Positions 36,298 to 64,000 of a stretch of DNA of 64,000 nucleotides are shown in pieces; the stretch's first letter is position 1; each line of letters starts with the position of its first letter. Source of the DNA: the human T2T-CHM13v2.0 reference genome, Homo sapiens; the NCBI RefSeq assembly GCF_009914755.1, contig NC_060927.1, one strand, 5' to 3'. Made by a program: the position numbers and the translations under genes. A model generated the notes under the pieces. The model made no database searches and was not told the origin of the DNA. It was given only the letters and a program-made list of their open reading frames with translations.

Positions 36298-36601
36298 CTA
36301 CTATGGTCTTTCCACACAACCCTGTCATATCATAATCCCCAGCACTGAAGCTCTTTGGGAAACCCAAGGTAGAAGAGACTTTACAAACCTTGGAGATGTG
36401 CGTTTATTTACAGACCAGGACCTCTTCCATCCATTCTCCCTCAATTTCCACTCCAACTACTCTCAGGTGAGATAAGCTTGAATTCTAACATTTAAAAAGA
36501 ATTGGAAGGGTCTTTAAAAGATCACCTAGTCTAACTCTCATTTTTCAGGGAGGTTACTGATGTGACCAGAGTCACACAAGAACCTGGTAGCTGAGGTGGG
36601 T

Positions 36602-36661
36602 CTTAGGCATACAGCATCACTCTTAGGCATAGAGCATGCACTTAGGCATAGAGCATGCACT
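36602..36661. repeat. Tandem repeat, ~19-20 bp x3
   Basis: cttaggcatacagcatcact / cttaggcatagagcatgca / cttaggcatagagcatgcact. Confidence 0.85.
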
Positions 36662-37891
36662 CTGGGTTTAAATACATAGACTTGAGTTAAAATACTGGCT
36701 CTCGCACTTACCAGATGAGTAACCTTGGACCTACTTATTTGACCTCTATGAACCAGAATTTCCTCACTTGAACAGAGTTCATACTAGTCAATGGCACACA
36801 GGTTAAAGGGTGTAGGGGTAAAGTGTAGTGATGCCTGCAATTCACCTTGAAATGTAAAAGTGGATTGGGAGAGGGACAGATGAAAAGATATATGATAAAG
36901 CAGCACAGTAAAATGTTAATTATAGAATTTAGGCACACAAGTATTTACAAGTCTTTCAACTTTTTTTGTGTCTGAAAACTGTCATACTAAAGCGGGGAAG
37001 GGACAACTAATACGTTGGATATGACAAGGCAGTGGACATATAGCTACTTAGCACAGTGCTTGGCACATGGAAAGCACTCAACCAATGTTAGCTACTTGCA
37101 GTACTAGCTGCTTAGTAAGCCAGGGTCAAACACTTCCTTTTTGGAAAGATGATGCTCAAAATGGAAACCTGAGGCTTTTCTTTGAGGCCTTTCCATTTAG
37201 AAAAATCAGGCTAAGAGGCAGTAGCTTAACTTTATATTAAGTGAAGATTTTTGTAGAAGCTAAGGCTCTCCAAAGGCCAAGGGGCATGGCTGTGACCTTA
37301 GAGAACAGCAGGCAGAGAGGGTGGCTGTATCATCATAGAGCACTGATTTGGGAGTCAGAAATACACGTGGGTGCAAACCCCAGGTTTACCGTTACTAAAA
37401 CGAGTGTCAAGCATATACGTGAAGTGCCCTCTCCCCAACTCAATATTTTCACCTGCCAAAAAATAATATGTATGTGAAAGTACTTGGCATCACCAGCACT
37501 TAGAAAAAGGAGATTTAATTGGAATGGTCAAAAAGGATGCTTGGAGGGGTGGATAAACCAGATTGCTCTTCTCCATAATTCCCACTTCTCTCCCTCAGTT
37601 CCCGGATCCTGGGAACCAAAATGAGCTTTTAAAGTTTAGTCAATTCCCTACTTTAAACCGTCCCATAGCCTGCCACTGCATTCACAATAAAATCCAATTT
37701 CCTGACCGTGGCCGACAAAGCCCTGCAGTAACTAACCCCACCAAGATAAGATAATTATTTTTATTTATTGGTGTACACGTTTATCGTCTCTCACTACACT
37801 AAAATGTAAGCTCCTATCTTAATTCCCGCTGTATCCCAGTGTCGCGAATAGAGCCTGGTACGAATTAAGGGGACGGGGTTGTGTGGGTTTA

Positions 37892-38630
<739 letters not shown>

Positions 38631-39548
38631 ACCACTCCTAATCCTTCCGTCCTATCCATTAGCACATTTGAACGTCATACTCTTACGCAAATCTCAAGTT
38701 ATTATTTCCGTTTTGGAAACAGAAGAACTGAGGTTCAGAGCTTAAACTGGGATTGGTTACTAACCAATGTTTTCTGACTCCCATACCTTTGCATCTCCCT
38801 GGAAAGGCCCAGCTCAACCCACCACCGTTTCCGTGGAATTGTCTTCCCCTGCTTCTATCCTCCATCCTCCACCGAGAGATAAGGTTCCTGCTGAGTTCAG
38901 TTGACTGTAAATAACATTTTGCAGTTTTCAAAATTCCACAGCCCTGTAAGGTAGTGTAATTACGCATGCAGCTACAAACAAGCGGAAAGAGGCCCATCCG
39001 CCCAAGAAAGCATCACAAATAATCAGAACTAGAAATCTTCAGGCTTCAAAACCTATATAATAATGCTCATCACGTCCCATGACTCCAGCTGAGACAATCA
39101 GCCAGCAAATTGTCCCTTCAGGTTTCATAATGATATTAGCACAACCTGCACCACAATTGTACTTGCCATCCATCCATCCATCCGTTCAACAAACACGAGC
39201 CAGACACCACAATGCACTGGGGATACAGGGATAAAAGTCTTGATGCGTTTACTTCTTGCTTAGAAAACTTGCAACGTGAGATGTGCTGAGACAGGTACAC
39301 CCAGGTGGCGAGAAGACCAGAGCAGAAGCCCCCGGAACAGCCTGGAGAGCCAGGGAAGGCATCATGAAGGTGATGTTGCCTTGGCTGAATTCCAACAAAT
39401 AGGAGAGATTTCCTCAGAAGCAAATGGTATGACACCATTTTTACAGAAGAGGATACTAACATCCAGAGGAAGGGAAGGACTTGCCCAGAGTGCAGGAGAG
39501 TTTATGTTAGAATTGAGACAGACCTGAAATCAAATCCAATTACAGTAG

Positions 39549-39917
<369 letters not shown>

Positions 39918-40762
39918 CTAGGTTTCTATATACTTTTTTCTTTTCTTTTGAATCTAGGTTTCTAATGATTTGCATAATTACTGGGTCAATGTTTTTCTCT
40001 CCCAGTAAACTGCAGGCCTTTTGAGGGTGTAGACCACATTTGATTGTTTACCATTTTAACCTAAGTGCCTGGCACACAGCCTACAACACAGCTCACAATT
40101 AAGGCTTCTCATGAATTCAATTAAGGTTCTAGACCACACACAAACACATACACTTGAATTCATCAGTTTTGCTGCATGTATTTTACACGTTGGCTTTTAT
40201 AGGACTTGGTAATGATTTCCATCAGTGAATGGAATCTTTTGGCATTTTCAGGGCCTAAAAGAACAGAGGCCAGGCCTTGGAAGGCTGAGGTTGTTACTAG
40301 GGCATGTGGTTCATCAGCACTAGAGACAGCACCCCACAAAGTTGCTTAGCCCCTCATTGACTTGTTCCTGGTCATTACTCTTAGAAAAGAAGCAATTCCT
40401 TTCTCTATATGGAGAAGGAAACTTTTCCACCAACTAGTAGTCAAAGTGAGGCATTCTATGGGACTGACTTCTTTGTGTATTGTCCAATTAAGGAAAAAGA
40501 CTTTTTTTACACTTATTATTTCAGCCCTAGTCTTTGTATCTTTTGGCACAGAAAGAAGGATTTCCTTCTAGTCCAAAAAGAGAAAGGGAGAATCAGGATT
40601 TTAGAGCACAGAGGAATATCCCCTGGATTACTTGGTCTAGTGGTTTTCAAACCACATTCCCAGCAGTTGTGGAATCCTTTTGTGGCCAGTACGGGTGGGG
40701 ACAGGGAATGCTGAGAGTGTAGGATACCAGCTCCATGCCCCCACTTCCACCAGAGTTGTTCC

Positions 40763-40764
<2 letters not shown>

Positions 40765-40798
<34 letters not shown>
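40765..40798. repeat. (TG)n microsatellite
   Basis: About 17 uninterrupted TG units. Confidence 0.95.
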
Positions 40799-40800
<2 letters not shown>

Positions 40801-40825
40801 AAATAACAGTTCAAACATCACTGAT

Positions 40826-41122
<297 letters not shown>

Positions 41123-41429
41123 GGTCATTGATCTGGCCTAGCATTCTCATTTTACATGTGACGGAACTGAGGCCCCAGGAAGGGACAGGGTTTGTCCAAG
41201 GTCACAAATTGAGCAAATGCCTGACACAGATCCAGTGTGTAAAGATGCTGGACCTGGCTGCAAAGTCAGACAATTTCTTTCATTTCAACAGAAAACAATG
41301 TGGCAGGCCAGTATCCAAGCTACACAAGTCCAATAAACAGCAAGTGAGGCCTGCTGCAGTGGACAGGGTTATTCCTGACCAGCGTCCATCCCACTTCTGC
41401 GCACCACCACTCTCGTTTTCCTTCAGGAA

Positions 41430-41855
41430 ATGACCGTTCTCCCACTTTGAGTCTGCGTAGTTTGGGCGAACTGACCCCACACCCCATGTTTGTTTCAGTG
41501 GTAAACACGTGGCCCTGGCCTGACCTATCAGTATCCCATCCTCTCAGACACTGTAATTGGCTCAGAAATGTGAGCAGCTAGTTCAATGACAGTCAGTCCT
41601 GGCAATTTACTGGACATATCAGGAGAGAAAATGTAGGTAATGGATCTGCAGGCTGGTCTTCTTTGTTACTTCATGGGGAGACTCTACCTGAGAATGAAGC
41701 CAAGACAGAGGAAAGGAAAGCTGACAGAAAGAGATTCCCGATGAAATCCTTTATATCCCTGCATCATCCTCGCCTTACTTGCAGTGTAACATGGCATTTA
41801 CTTTGGGGCTTAAGATGTTTGAGTTAGATTTCTATCTGTGGGTACTGAAAATCCA
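41430..41855. mobile_element. Old ERVL/MaLR-type LTR (LTR16/MLT1-like)
   Basis: ctacctgagaatgaagccaagacagagg and gcttaag...tttgagttagatttct motifs; family assigned from recall only. Confidence 0.45.
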
Positions 41856-42264
41856 TATCAATGTAGTGACACATATGTAAGTAATTGTGTGGACTACTAC
41901 ATTCCAGAATTGTGCTGTGACAGCCCTAGACCTGCCAGCTCTCATTCCCTCACTCCCACGACCCTCTCATTCCCTTACTCCCACGACCTTTGCTCTTTCA
42001 CCTCCAGGCCTTTGACCTCTCTTTCTCCAGCCCAAGCTTGATTATCTCAATCACTTGTTTCCTGACCCTTCTGCTCCCTCCTTACCTTGACTTCTATCAC
42101 ACCTGAACTTTGAACCCACAAGCCCAGGTCAAGCCTCCCTCTGCCTTCTTCACTGCCTCCTGAGGGCTACTGTGTGTGGCAGGATGCAACTACCCAGTGG
42201 TGCCCTGTAACCACTGCACAGTCATGGTCTCCAGCCTCAACTGGAGCAACCCAAGTAATGATTA

Positions 42265-42850
<586 letters not shown>

Positions 42851-42859
42851 GTAAATGTT

Positions 42860-43340
42860 ACATTAGTTAAAAGATTAGTTCAGCTGCAGTAACAGAGAGA
42901 TCTAAAATAACAGTGGATCAAACAAGAGAGAAGTCACTTTATCTCACAGAAAGTCCAAGCAGGCATGCCAGGAGGTGGGCTGGCTTTACAATCAGTAAGG
43001 GCCTATGGTCCTTCTATGATGTGGCTCTGCCACTCCCCACACACATTGTCTATCGTGTGGTCCAAGATAGCTGCTCAAACTCCTCCCAAAAGGGCTGAAT
43101 TTGCACCAACTAGAAGGAAAAAAGGGGAAGAAGAGGACATACTTCTTCCCTTTAACCTTGATATTGAAGTTGCACCATCATTTCTACTCATATCCCAGGG
43201 GCCAGCACTTAATCAAATAGCTAGAACTAGCTGCAAAGGAGGCTGAGAAATGTAGTCTTACACTGGATGGATATGTGCCCAGTTAAAAATTCAATTCCTA
43301 TGTAAAGAGAGGAGAAGATAGATTGGGAAACAACTCTCAG
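42860..43340. mobile_element. LTR33-like ERVL LTR
   Basis: ttcagctgcagtaacagaga...aacagtgg...ctagctgcaaaggaggctgagaaatgtagtct. Confidence 0.55.
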
Positions 43341-45041
43341 GCGCTACCCTAAGCTTCTACTATGTGCCAAGCACTGCTGGATTCTCCTTGTATGCGACTC
43401 AAAGGCAGGTATGACCTTCCTTCTAGCCAAGGCATCTTTACTATCTGGGTCTCAGGTTAGCAACCTGGGCCCCATTCCATCTCTCAAAGGCCTTGCTCCA
43501 CCCATTACCTTCCTTTTCTTGTATTTCCATCTATCCTCCCTGATCATTCCCACAGGATATGTGCAATCTTTCTCCCTCCTCCCCCTCCTAATGTCATCAC
43601 TTGCATTTCTTTCCTAGCACAGTTCTCATCTTGCCAAGTGCCCCCCTTTCCCTTCCCAGGCTTCAGCCCAGTGCAATGTAGCTTTTACTCTTGCTGCTCC
43701 CATGAATCTGCTATCTCAAAAGTCCAGGGTGCCACAAAATGAGTCTTAATAAATGTTAAAAATTGAAATAATACATAATACTTTTCCAATCACAATGGAA
43801 TAAAACTTGAAATCAATAACAGAAGGAAAAATCACAAATATGTGGAAATTAAACCATACATTCTTAAACAATTAACAGGTCAAGAAGAAATCATAAGGGA
43901 AATCAGAAAATACTTTGAAATGAATGACAACAAAAGAACAACGTACCGAAACTTATGGGATGCAGCAAAAGCAGTGTTAAGAGAGAAGTTTATAGCTATG
44001 AACAGCTATAATAAAAAAGAAGAAAGATCTCAAATTCATAACCTAACTGTACACCTACAGGGACCAGGAAAAACAACAACAACAACAACAAAAGAACAAG
44101 CTAAATCCAAAACTAGCAAAAGAAAAGAAACAATAAAGATTAGAGAATAGCAGTATTCCCAGTAGTAAAGAGGCAGAAGCAATATAAGCATCCATTGACA
44201 GATAATGGATTTTTAAAAGATGGTATATACATATAATAGAATATTATTAAGCCCTAAAAAAGAAGAAAATTCTGACATGTTACAATATAGATGAATATTG
44301 AGCCATCATGCTAGGTAAAATAAGCCAGTCACAAAAAGACAAGTACAGTATGGCTCCACTATGAGGAAGTAGTTAAATTCATAAAGACAAAAAGTACAAT
44401 GGTGGTTGCCAGGGGCTGGGGAAAGGAAAAATAGAGAGCTAATTCAATTGGTGCAGGGTTTCCATCTGGGAAGATGAAAAAGTTCTGGAGATGGATGATA
44501 GTGATGGTTGCACAACAATGTGAATGTACCTAAAGCCGCCTAACTGTACACATAAAATGGTTAAAATGGTATCGTTTATGCTACGTATCTTTTACCAAAA
44601 ATTTTTAAAAAGATTAAAATGGAGACAAAATAGAGAAACAGAAAAACAGAGAAAATAAAAAAACTAAAAGTTGGTTCTTTGAAAAGAATAACAAAATTGA
44701 CAAATCTTTAGCTAGATTGACTAAGAAAACAAGAGAGAAGACTAATGATAAAATCAGAAATTACAGCAGGAACATTACTATTTACTATACAGAAATAAAA
44801 GGAATATAAGCGAATACTGTAAATAATTATAAACAAATTGGATAATCTGGATGAAATAGACAAATTTGTGGAAAAAAACTGTGAACAGACTACCAAAACT
44901 GACTCAAGAAAAAGTAGAAAATCTTAACTGTAATCAAGTAAGGAGACTGAGTCAGTAACCAAAAGTCTCCCTATAAAGAAAAGCCTAGAGCCGAATGGCT
45001 TAACTACTGGTTTCTACCAAACATTTAAAGAACTAACACCA

Positions 45042-46110
<1,069 letters not shown>

Positions 46111-46379
46111 CAAGATCCTGTATGAATATAGATGCAACAATTCTCAACAAAATTCTAGCAAACCCAATTTAGCAGTGTGTTAAAGGATTATCACCATGAC
46201 CAGTGGGATTTATTCTAGGAATACAAAGGTGGTTTAACATACAAAAATCAGTGTAATATACCATATTAATAGAGTGAAGGGGAAAAGCCCCACATGATCA
46301 ACTCAACTGATTCAGAAAAAAAATTTGACAAAATCCAATACACTTTCATGATCCAAAAAACAACTAGGAGTTGCCTATG

Positions 46380-55088
<8,709 letters not shown>

Positions 55089-55145
55089 TTCAAACGATAC
55101 AAACTTCTTTATGAAAAACCCACAGCTAACATCATAATGGTAAGA

Positions 55146-56300
<1,155 letters not shown>

Positions 56301-58255
56301 CTAAAATTTCCCCCTATCGAGAACAAGCAAGGATGTCCACTTTTACCACTTCTACTCAATATACTACTGGAAGTTCTACACAGAGCAATTAGGCAAAATG
56401 AATTAAAGGGCATCCAAATTGGAAAGGAAGAGGTAAAACTACTTCTGTCTTAAATGACAATCCTGTATGTAGAAAACCCTGAAGAATCCATCCAAAAAAC
56501 ACTGTTAGAGGCCAAGAGCAGTGATTCACATCTGCAATCTCAGAGCTTTAGGAGGCCAAGGCAGGAGAATCACCTGAGCCCAGGAGTTCAAGGCTGAAGT
56601 GAGCTATGATTTTGCCACTGCACTCCAGCCTAGGCAAGAGGGTGATACTCTGTCTCTAAAACAAACAAACAAACAAACAAACAATAACAACAAAAAAAAC
56701 CCTTTTAGAACTAATAAACAAACTGAGCAAAGTTGCAGGATGAAAAATTGACAAATCAATCGTATTTCTATGCACTAGCAAAAAACACTAAAAAAAGAAA
56801 TTTAAAAAATTCCATTTACAACAGTATCAAAAAGAAAAAAATACTTAGTAAATTTAACTAAGGAGGTGCAAGACTTGTACATCAAAGGAGGTGGAAGCAA
56901 ATAACTGTTGAAGGAATTTACAGAAAGCTTAAATAAATAGACATTCTGGATTCACGGATTAGAAGACTTAATATTGTTAAGATGACAATACTATCCAAAG
57001 TAGTCTGCAGAATCAACACATTCCTATCAGAATCCAAACGGTATGCTTTTGCAAAAACAGAAAAACTCATCCTAAAATTCATATGAAATTTCAAGGAACC
57101 CCAAATAGCCAAAATAATCCTGAAAAAGAACAAAGGTGGGGTATTCATAATTTGTGATTTCAAAACTTAATATAAGCAATATTAATCAAAACAGTGTGGA
57201 ACTGGCATAAAGATGGACATGTAGACCAGTGAATAGAATTGAGAGTCCAGAAACAAACCCTCACATATATGACCAACAGATTTCTGACAAGGGTGTCAGG
57301 ACCATTCAATGAGGAAAGCAGAGTCTCTTCAACAAATGCTGGCAGAAAAATTGGATATCTGGATGCAAAGGAATGAAGTTGGAGCCTTATGTTACACAAT
57401 GTATAAAAGTTAACTGAGAATGGATTTTTTAAAGCCCTAAATTTAAGAGCTTAAAATACAAAACTCTTAGATGACAACAAAGGAGCAAATCTTCGTGAAC
57501 TTGTGTCATGGCAATGGTTTCTTAACTATGGCACCAAAGGCACATATAACGAAAGAAAAACTAAATATGTTGGACTTCATCAAATGTAAAATTTTGTGTA
57601 TCAAAGGACACCGTCAAAAGAGTAAAAAGACAACTCACAGAATGGGAGAAAATATTTGCAAATCATATATCCCATGAGGGTTTAATATTTAGAATATATA
57701 AAGAACTCCCACAATTCAAAACAAAAACAAACAAACAATCCAATTAAAAAATGGATAAAGGATGTGATAGACAATTTCCCAGAGAAGACACACAAATGGC
57801 TAGTAAACATATGTAACGATGTTTAACATCATTAGTTATCAGGGAAATGGAAATACTAACCACGGTCAGATACTATTTCATACCCCCCAAGATGGCTATA
57901 ATTTAAAAATGGAAAATAACAAGTGTTGGTAAGAATATGGGGAAATTGGAACCCTTGTGCAGTGCTGGTGGGAATGTAAAATGGTGCAGCTGCTGTGGAA
58001 AATTTATTGATTCCTCAAAAAGTTAATCATAGACTTACCATATGACCCAACAATTCCTCTCCTATTTCAATATTTAAAAGAATTGAAAACAGGGACTCAA
58101 ACAGATTCTTCTGTACCCATGTTCATATCAGCAATATTCACAATTGCCAAAGGGTGGAAACAACCCACATGTTCATCAATGGGTGAATGACAAACAAAAT
58201 GTGGCCTACACATGCAGTGGAATATTATTCATCCATAAAAAGGATGACATTCTTA

Positions 58256-58653
<398 letters not shown>

Positions 58654-59024
58654 TTATATGAAATATCTATAATAGGCATATTCATAGAGACAGAAAGTAG
58701 AATAGAGGTTAACAGGAGATGGGAGCAGTGATAAGTTATTATCAATGAGTATTTTGTTTTTGAGATAAAAAAAGTTATGAAAATAGTGATGATGGTTTCA
58801 CAACATCTTGGATGTACTTAATACCATTGAATTGTACATTTAACCACAGCTTAAAAGATTTTATGTTATGTATATTTTACCAAAAAATTTTAAAAAAGAA
58901 AAAAAGGTAAAATTGACTTCTCAAGAGCCAAATCCTCCAGACATCTTCCAAGCTTATAGGATTTCTCTGCAACATTTAACACCACTGACCACCAACCCTA
59001 TCTGGAAACTCTCAACTCACCTAG

Positions 59025-59480
59025 GGTGTCAGTTAGGAATGCTTTTGACTTCAAGCAACAAAAAACAAGACACACAGTAGCTTCAGCAATTAGGGGATTG
59101 TGTCTGATGCTCCTTCGCCCTTAGCATACAGCTTTGGTTCTCATGATTCAAGGATGGCTGCTGCACCTCCAGGCTTCACTTCCACATCCCAGGCAGGAAA
59201 AATAAGGACAGAGAAAGAGCCATTGGCTAAATGCTGAAGATCCTGGCCAGCAAAGACTGTCCTCTCTAAGGGGCTTTCTAGGAAACCCAATCAGTGATGC
59301 CCACTTACATCTCACTGTCCAGAACCGGGTCACATACTCCTCTCTAATGGCAAAGCAGGATGGGAGTGTGAAAAGGCTTTTACCTGAGCATACCTCTTCC
59401 CAAAATCTAAATAGAGCTCTGTCAGAAAGGAAGAAAGAAGAGTGGAGAATGAGGAGGCCACTGGCAAAACCTGCCCCCTG
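59025..59480. mobile_element. MLT1-like MaLR LTR
   Basis: tgtcagttaggaatgctttt...gatggctgctgcacctccagg...cagaaccgggtcacat. Confidence 0.5.
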
Positions 59481-60007
59481 GCTTCAGGGGTGCCCCTGGC
59501 CCCTGATTCTGGCTTCTCCAGCTCTCTCACTACTGTTTCCTCTGGCTCACCCTTGACCATTCAGCATTTCCCCACATTCTGACTTCGGCTCACTTCCTTT
59601 TTCATTCCAGGTTCTTTCCCTGAGCCCATGCACCTCCCAGCCCCTGCTTTCAGCTATCACCCCTCATCAGGGAATCCCAAACACACACATAACTTCTACC
59701 TGACCCAACGCCTGAGCTATAGACACATTCGTCCATTCATTCAAAAATGTTTATGAAGTGCTTTCTATGAGCTGGACACTCCTCTAGGCCTTGAGGATAC
59801 AGCAGGAAGCAACAGCCCTCACAGAGTTTACCTTCAAGTGAGGGAGAGGGTTTATTAACATGTAAGCAACTAAGTAGGTTGTTCCAACTGGTGGCACCAG
59901 AAGACTCCACAGCAGGATGCTGTGACAGAGGAGAGCGGGGATGGAAGGCTACTTCCAATAGGATAACCTCGAAGAGCTCTCCAAAGAGGTAACAAGAATA
60001 GTTGGTT

Positions 60008-60246
60008 TCCAGCCTGGGAAATAGGGTGATACCCGTCTCTACAGTTTTTTTTTTTTCTTAATTAGGCAGGTGTGGTGGTATGCATCTGTGGTCTCAGCTG
60101 TTCAGGAAGCTGAGGTGGGAGACTGGCTTGAGCACAGGAGGTGGAGGCTACAGCAAGCCATGATCGTGCCACTGCACTCCAGCCTGGGTGACAGAGCAAG
60201 ACCCTGTCTCAAAACGCAAAACAAAACAAAACAAAACAAAACAAAA
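60008..60246 (+). mobile_element. 5'-truncated AluJ
   Basis: Partial Alu with an (AAAAC)n tail; aatagttggt on both flanks. Confidence 0.8.
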
Positions 60247-61153
60247 TAGTTGGTGCTAGCAAGGAGTGATTTTAAAATTTCCACCTGAGGGGGCTAGATA
60301 CTGTAACAAGAGCAACTGACATTTTGCAGATTCGATATGGAGTCATGTGTGGAAACCTAAGTGGCACCACCTTCCCATGTGATTCTAGAACATTTTGAAA
60401 CCTACAGGGCCCAGTGCCCCAGTCAATGGCTTGGCCCCCATCCCTTGATCAGGCCTCAGCATTTTTCACCCGATAATTATTATATAATCACTCCTCACTT
60501 TCTTCAGGATTCTCTCTAGGGGAGACTTGCCCGGGCCACATTTGCAATTGAAACTTCTCCCTTACCCTAACCAGCTCTTCCCCTTCCCCACAGTTGTCCC
60601 CACAGCATTCATCACCACATAGCATACACTATACATCTATTGCTTATTTGTTTATTGCCTGCCTTCCCTACCATAACTGGGTGTGTACCAAGGTAGGGAT
60701 TCTTGTTTGTTCTTTTCACCGTGGAACCCCCAGGCTCCAGGCCTGTGTCGGGCACATATAAGACGCTCAGAAAATATTTGTTCAATGAGTAAATGGTCTG
60801 CTCGCTTGGAGGCTCCACCCTATCTCTCACCCTCCTCCTTCCTGGCTACCAGAGAGACCAGTCCACTAGATCATTCCCCTGCTTAGCAACTTTCAACAAC
60901 ACCCTGTGCTTTCAGAAGAGAGTGCAAATTCTCAACCCAGCACTGGGGATGGCCTGGCTCTCTGTCACTCCAGCCTCATCTCCCACTCCTTTGACACCCT
61001 GCACTGTAGCCTCATCACCCCATTCATAGGTCCTTGCCTATGTCTATTTTATTTTTCTCTTTCTTCCGGATCTCAGGTGCAGAGAGTTGAGTTCATCTTC
61101 CCTTCGGTTTCATGAGTCACTATCATTTCGGGTAAGTGGGAGGTCAGTGGTAA

Positions 61154-61813
<660 letters not shown>

Positions 61814-62252
61814 TAAGCATCCACCACATCTTATTCTCCTCCCAGTGTTAGACCTTCCACTGCCTCTAACTCCCAACAATTACAACAGAGTTGCAATTAA
61901 CATCCTCATCCTTGTGTGCTAATAGACCTGAGAACAAAGCTTACTCAGGGGTGGGGCTGCTGGCTTTTAGATTATAGGCACACTCCCTGCACCTGCTCCC
62001 ACGTTTTCAGCAGCATTTGGACTTATCCACCTTTCTAATTATTGGCAAGCTAATGGGCATGCTTATTATTTCAGACCTGGGCTGACTTCTGGGGCCAAAA
62101 GGGATAGAGATGATTTTGCTGACACCTTATAGGTGGTACAAAGTCATAAAAGTAACTAACATTGATTTATATAGTGAGAACACTATTGCCTTTTTAGTTT
62201 TCTTTTAGTAAGTTTTAGTGTACTGGAGTGTGCCTTTAATTCCTTCCTCATA

Positions 62253-62577
62253 CCGTCATGTGTCCCATAGCAACATTTTGGTCAATGACAGACCACATAT
62301 AAGATAGTGGTCTCATAAGATTATCATGGAGCATATATAAAAACCTGATTAGAAACTTGACATTGGCATTTCAGATCAAGTAGGGGAAATAATTGATATT
62401 CAATATTCAGTAAAGATGTTGGGACATTTAGTTTTCCAGATTAAAAAAATGTATATTTACTAGTATATATACCATCTAGGTTTGTATAAGTATACTCTAT
62501 GATGTTCATGCAATGACAAAATCACTTAAAGACACATTTCTCAAAAAGTATCCCTGGCATTAAGGGACACATGACTG
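62253..62577. mobile_element. Tigger3a/MER7-like TcMar MITE
   Basis: TIRs ccgtcatgtgtccc ... gggacacatgactg flanked by TA at both ends. Confidence 0.85.
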
Positions 62578-63002
62578 TACTTGCTAGACTTCCTTTTTAT
62601 TAAAGATTCTTTGGAAAGCCTACTGTTGTTTTTATTGTATTTATTTTTGTGGTTTCTGACTATTTCTGGTAAGTTATAATGGTTTTCTATGTATGGAGAA
62701 ATACTTCATTAAGTAAAAAAAGCAGGTCAATTGAAAGAAAAATGGTAATTAAGTCATAGGTGTTCCCTAGATAGCACAGAAATTCTGAAGATGGCTCTTC
62801 ATATCACCAAGGCTGGGGAAATCTGACATAAACCAAGGTTCGTCTGGGAACAGAGGGGTCTGTCCTGATGCTCCAGGTGGCCTGGTAAGCCTTACCTCAC
62901 AAAATGTCCCAGGTTCAAATCCTGCTTTTTCTGAGCAAGTTACCTCTCATTCCCCTCTGCTGTAAAACAGTGATGACAACACTCACAGGATTATTAAGAT
63001 AA

Positions 63003-63476
<474 letters not shown>

Positions 63477-63502
63477 TGATTATGTTTTTAATTAATTTTT
63501 GT

Positions 63503-63582
63503 TTTGTGTGTCATCCTTGCCCAGGGGCCATGCTGTCTCTGTCTCATTCTAATTTTAGTATATGTGCTGCTGAAGAGAGCAC
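63503..63582 (-). pseudogene. U6 snRNA retrocopy, 3'-truncated
   Basis: Reverse complement GTGCTCTCTTCAGCAGCACATATACTAAAATTAGAATGAGACAGAGACAGCATGGCCCCTGGGCAAGGATGACACACAAA matches the first ~84 nt of U6 with substitutions and a small deletion; followed by A-rich sequence. Confidence 0.92.
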
Positions 63583-64000
63583 TTGCCATATTTTTTAAAT
63601 GGAAACAGTACCCCTAGGCACTCACAGGAACTGCTTTGGAGCCTAGAGACGGGAAATTGGGCTGGGGACAGAGGTCAGGTTAGCAAGGGCAAAGCCCATG
63701 CCTCCCACCATAAAGTCCTCTGCTGGGAGCAGTGTTTCCGTTTCAGCAGGCACGTCCCAACGCAATGGGTAAACCTGGCCACATCCGCTGACTCCCAGAG
63801 TCTGCCTGGGAACGTGGCCGAGCCTGGAGCTCCCATGGGTCCTGTCTGGAGCACATGGTAGTGGGGTCAGAGGTCAATCAGGGTAGGTTGGATGAATGCA
63901 GCTGGTCTGACAAGAGGGCAGGCATTGAGGTCTCTTCTGGTGAAGATCTTAACTGTCAAATTGTGGTCCTGGGTCTAGGATGTGGAATAAGCCTGGTAAA

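Overview
Primate, almost certainly human, genomic DNA. The minus strand carries the CpG-island promoter and coding exons 1-9 of RUVBL1 (Pontin/TIP49a AAA+ ATPase). These exons total 1119 nt (aa 1-373) with all introns GT-AG, and the last coding exons lie beyond the left edge. The ~25 kb upstream of the gene is almost entirely repeats: an old L1 hosting a near full-length second L1, an ERV1 relic and many Alus, plus MaLR/ERVL-like LTRs, DNA transposons and a U6 snRNA retrocopy. Nearly all other ORFs in the track are Alu/L1-derived or spurious. I see no new protein-coding system. The most interesting signals are retrotransposition and RNA-processing structures: (1) an ERV copy with mRNA-like R-U5-PBS...U3-R-poly(A) architecture, suggesting L1-mediated retroposition; (2) an Alu with a twin-priming-type 5' inversion; (3) an Alu with a templated duplication and fold-back at its 5' junction; (4) an inverted Alu pair bracketing exons 4-8, a circRNA candidate; (5) a T11 tract abutting the exon 5 acceptor; (6) a palindromic AT-rich 35-bp minisatellite. 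Repeat family names are from recall of consensus sequences, not database searches, and repeat boundaries are approximate.
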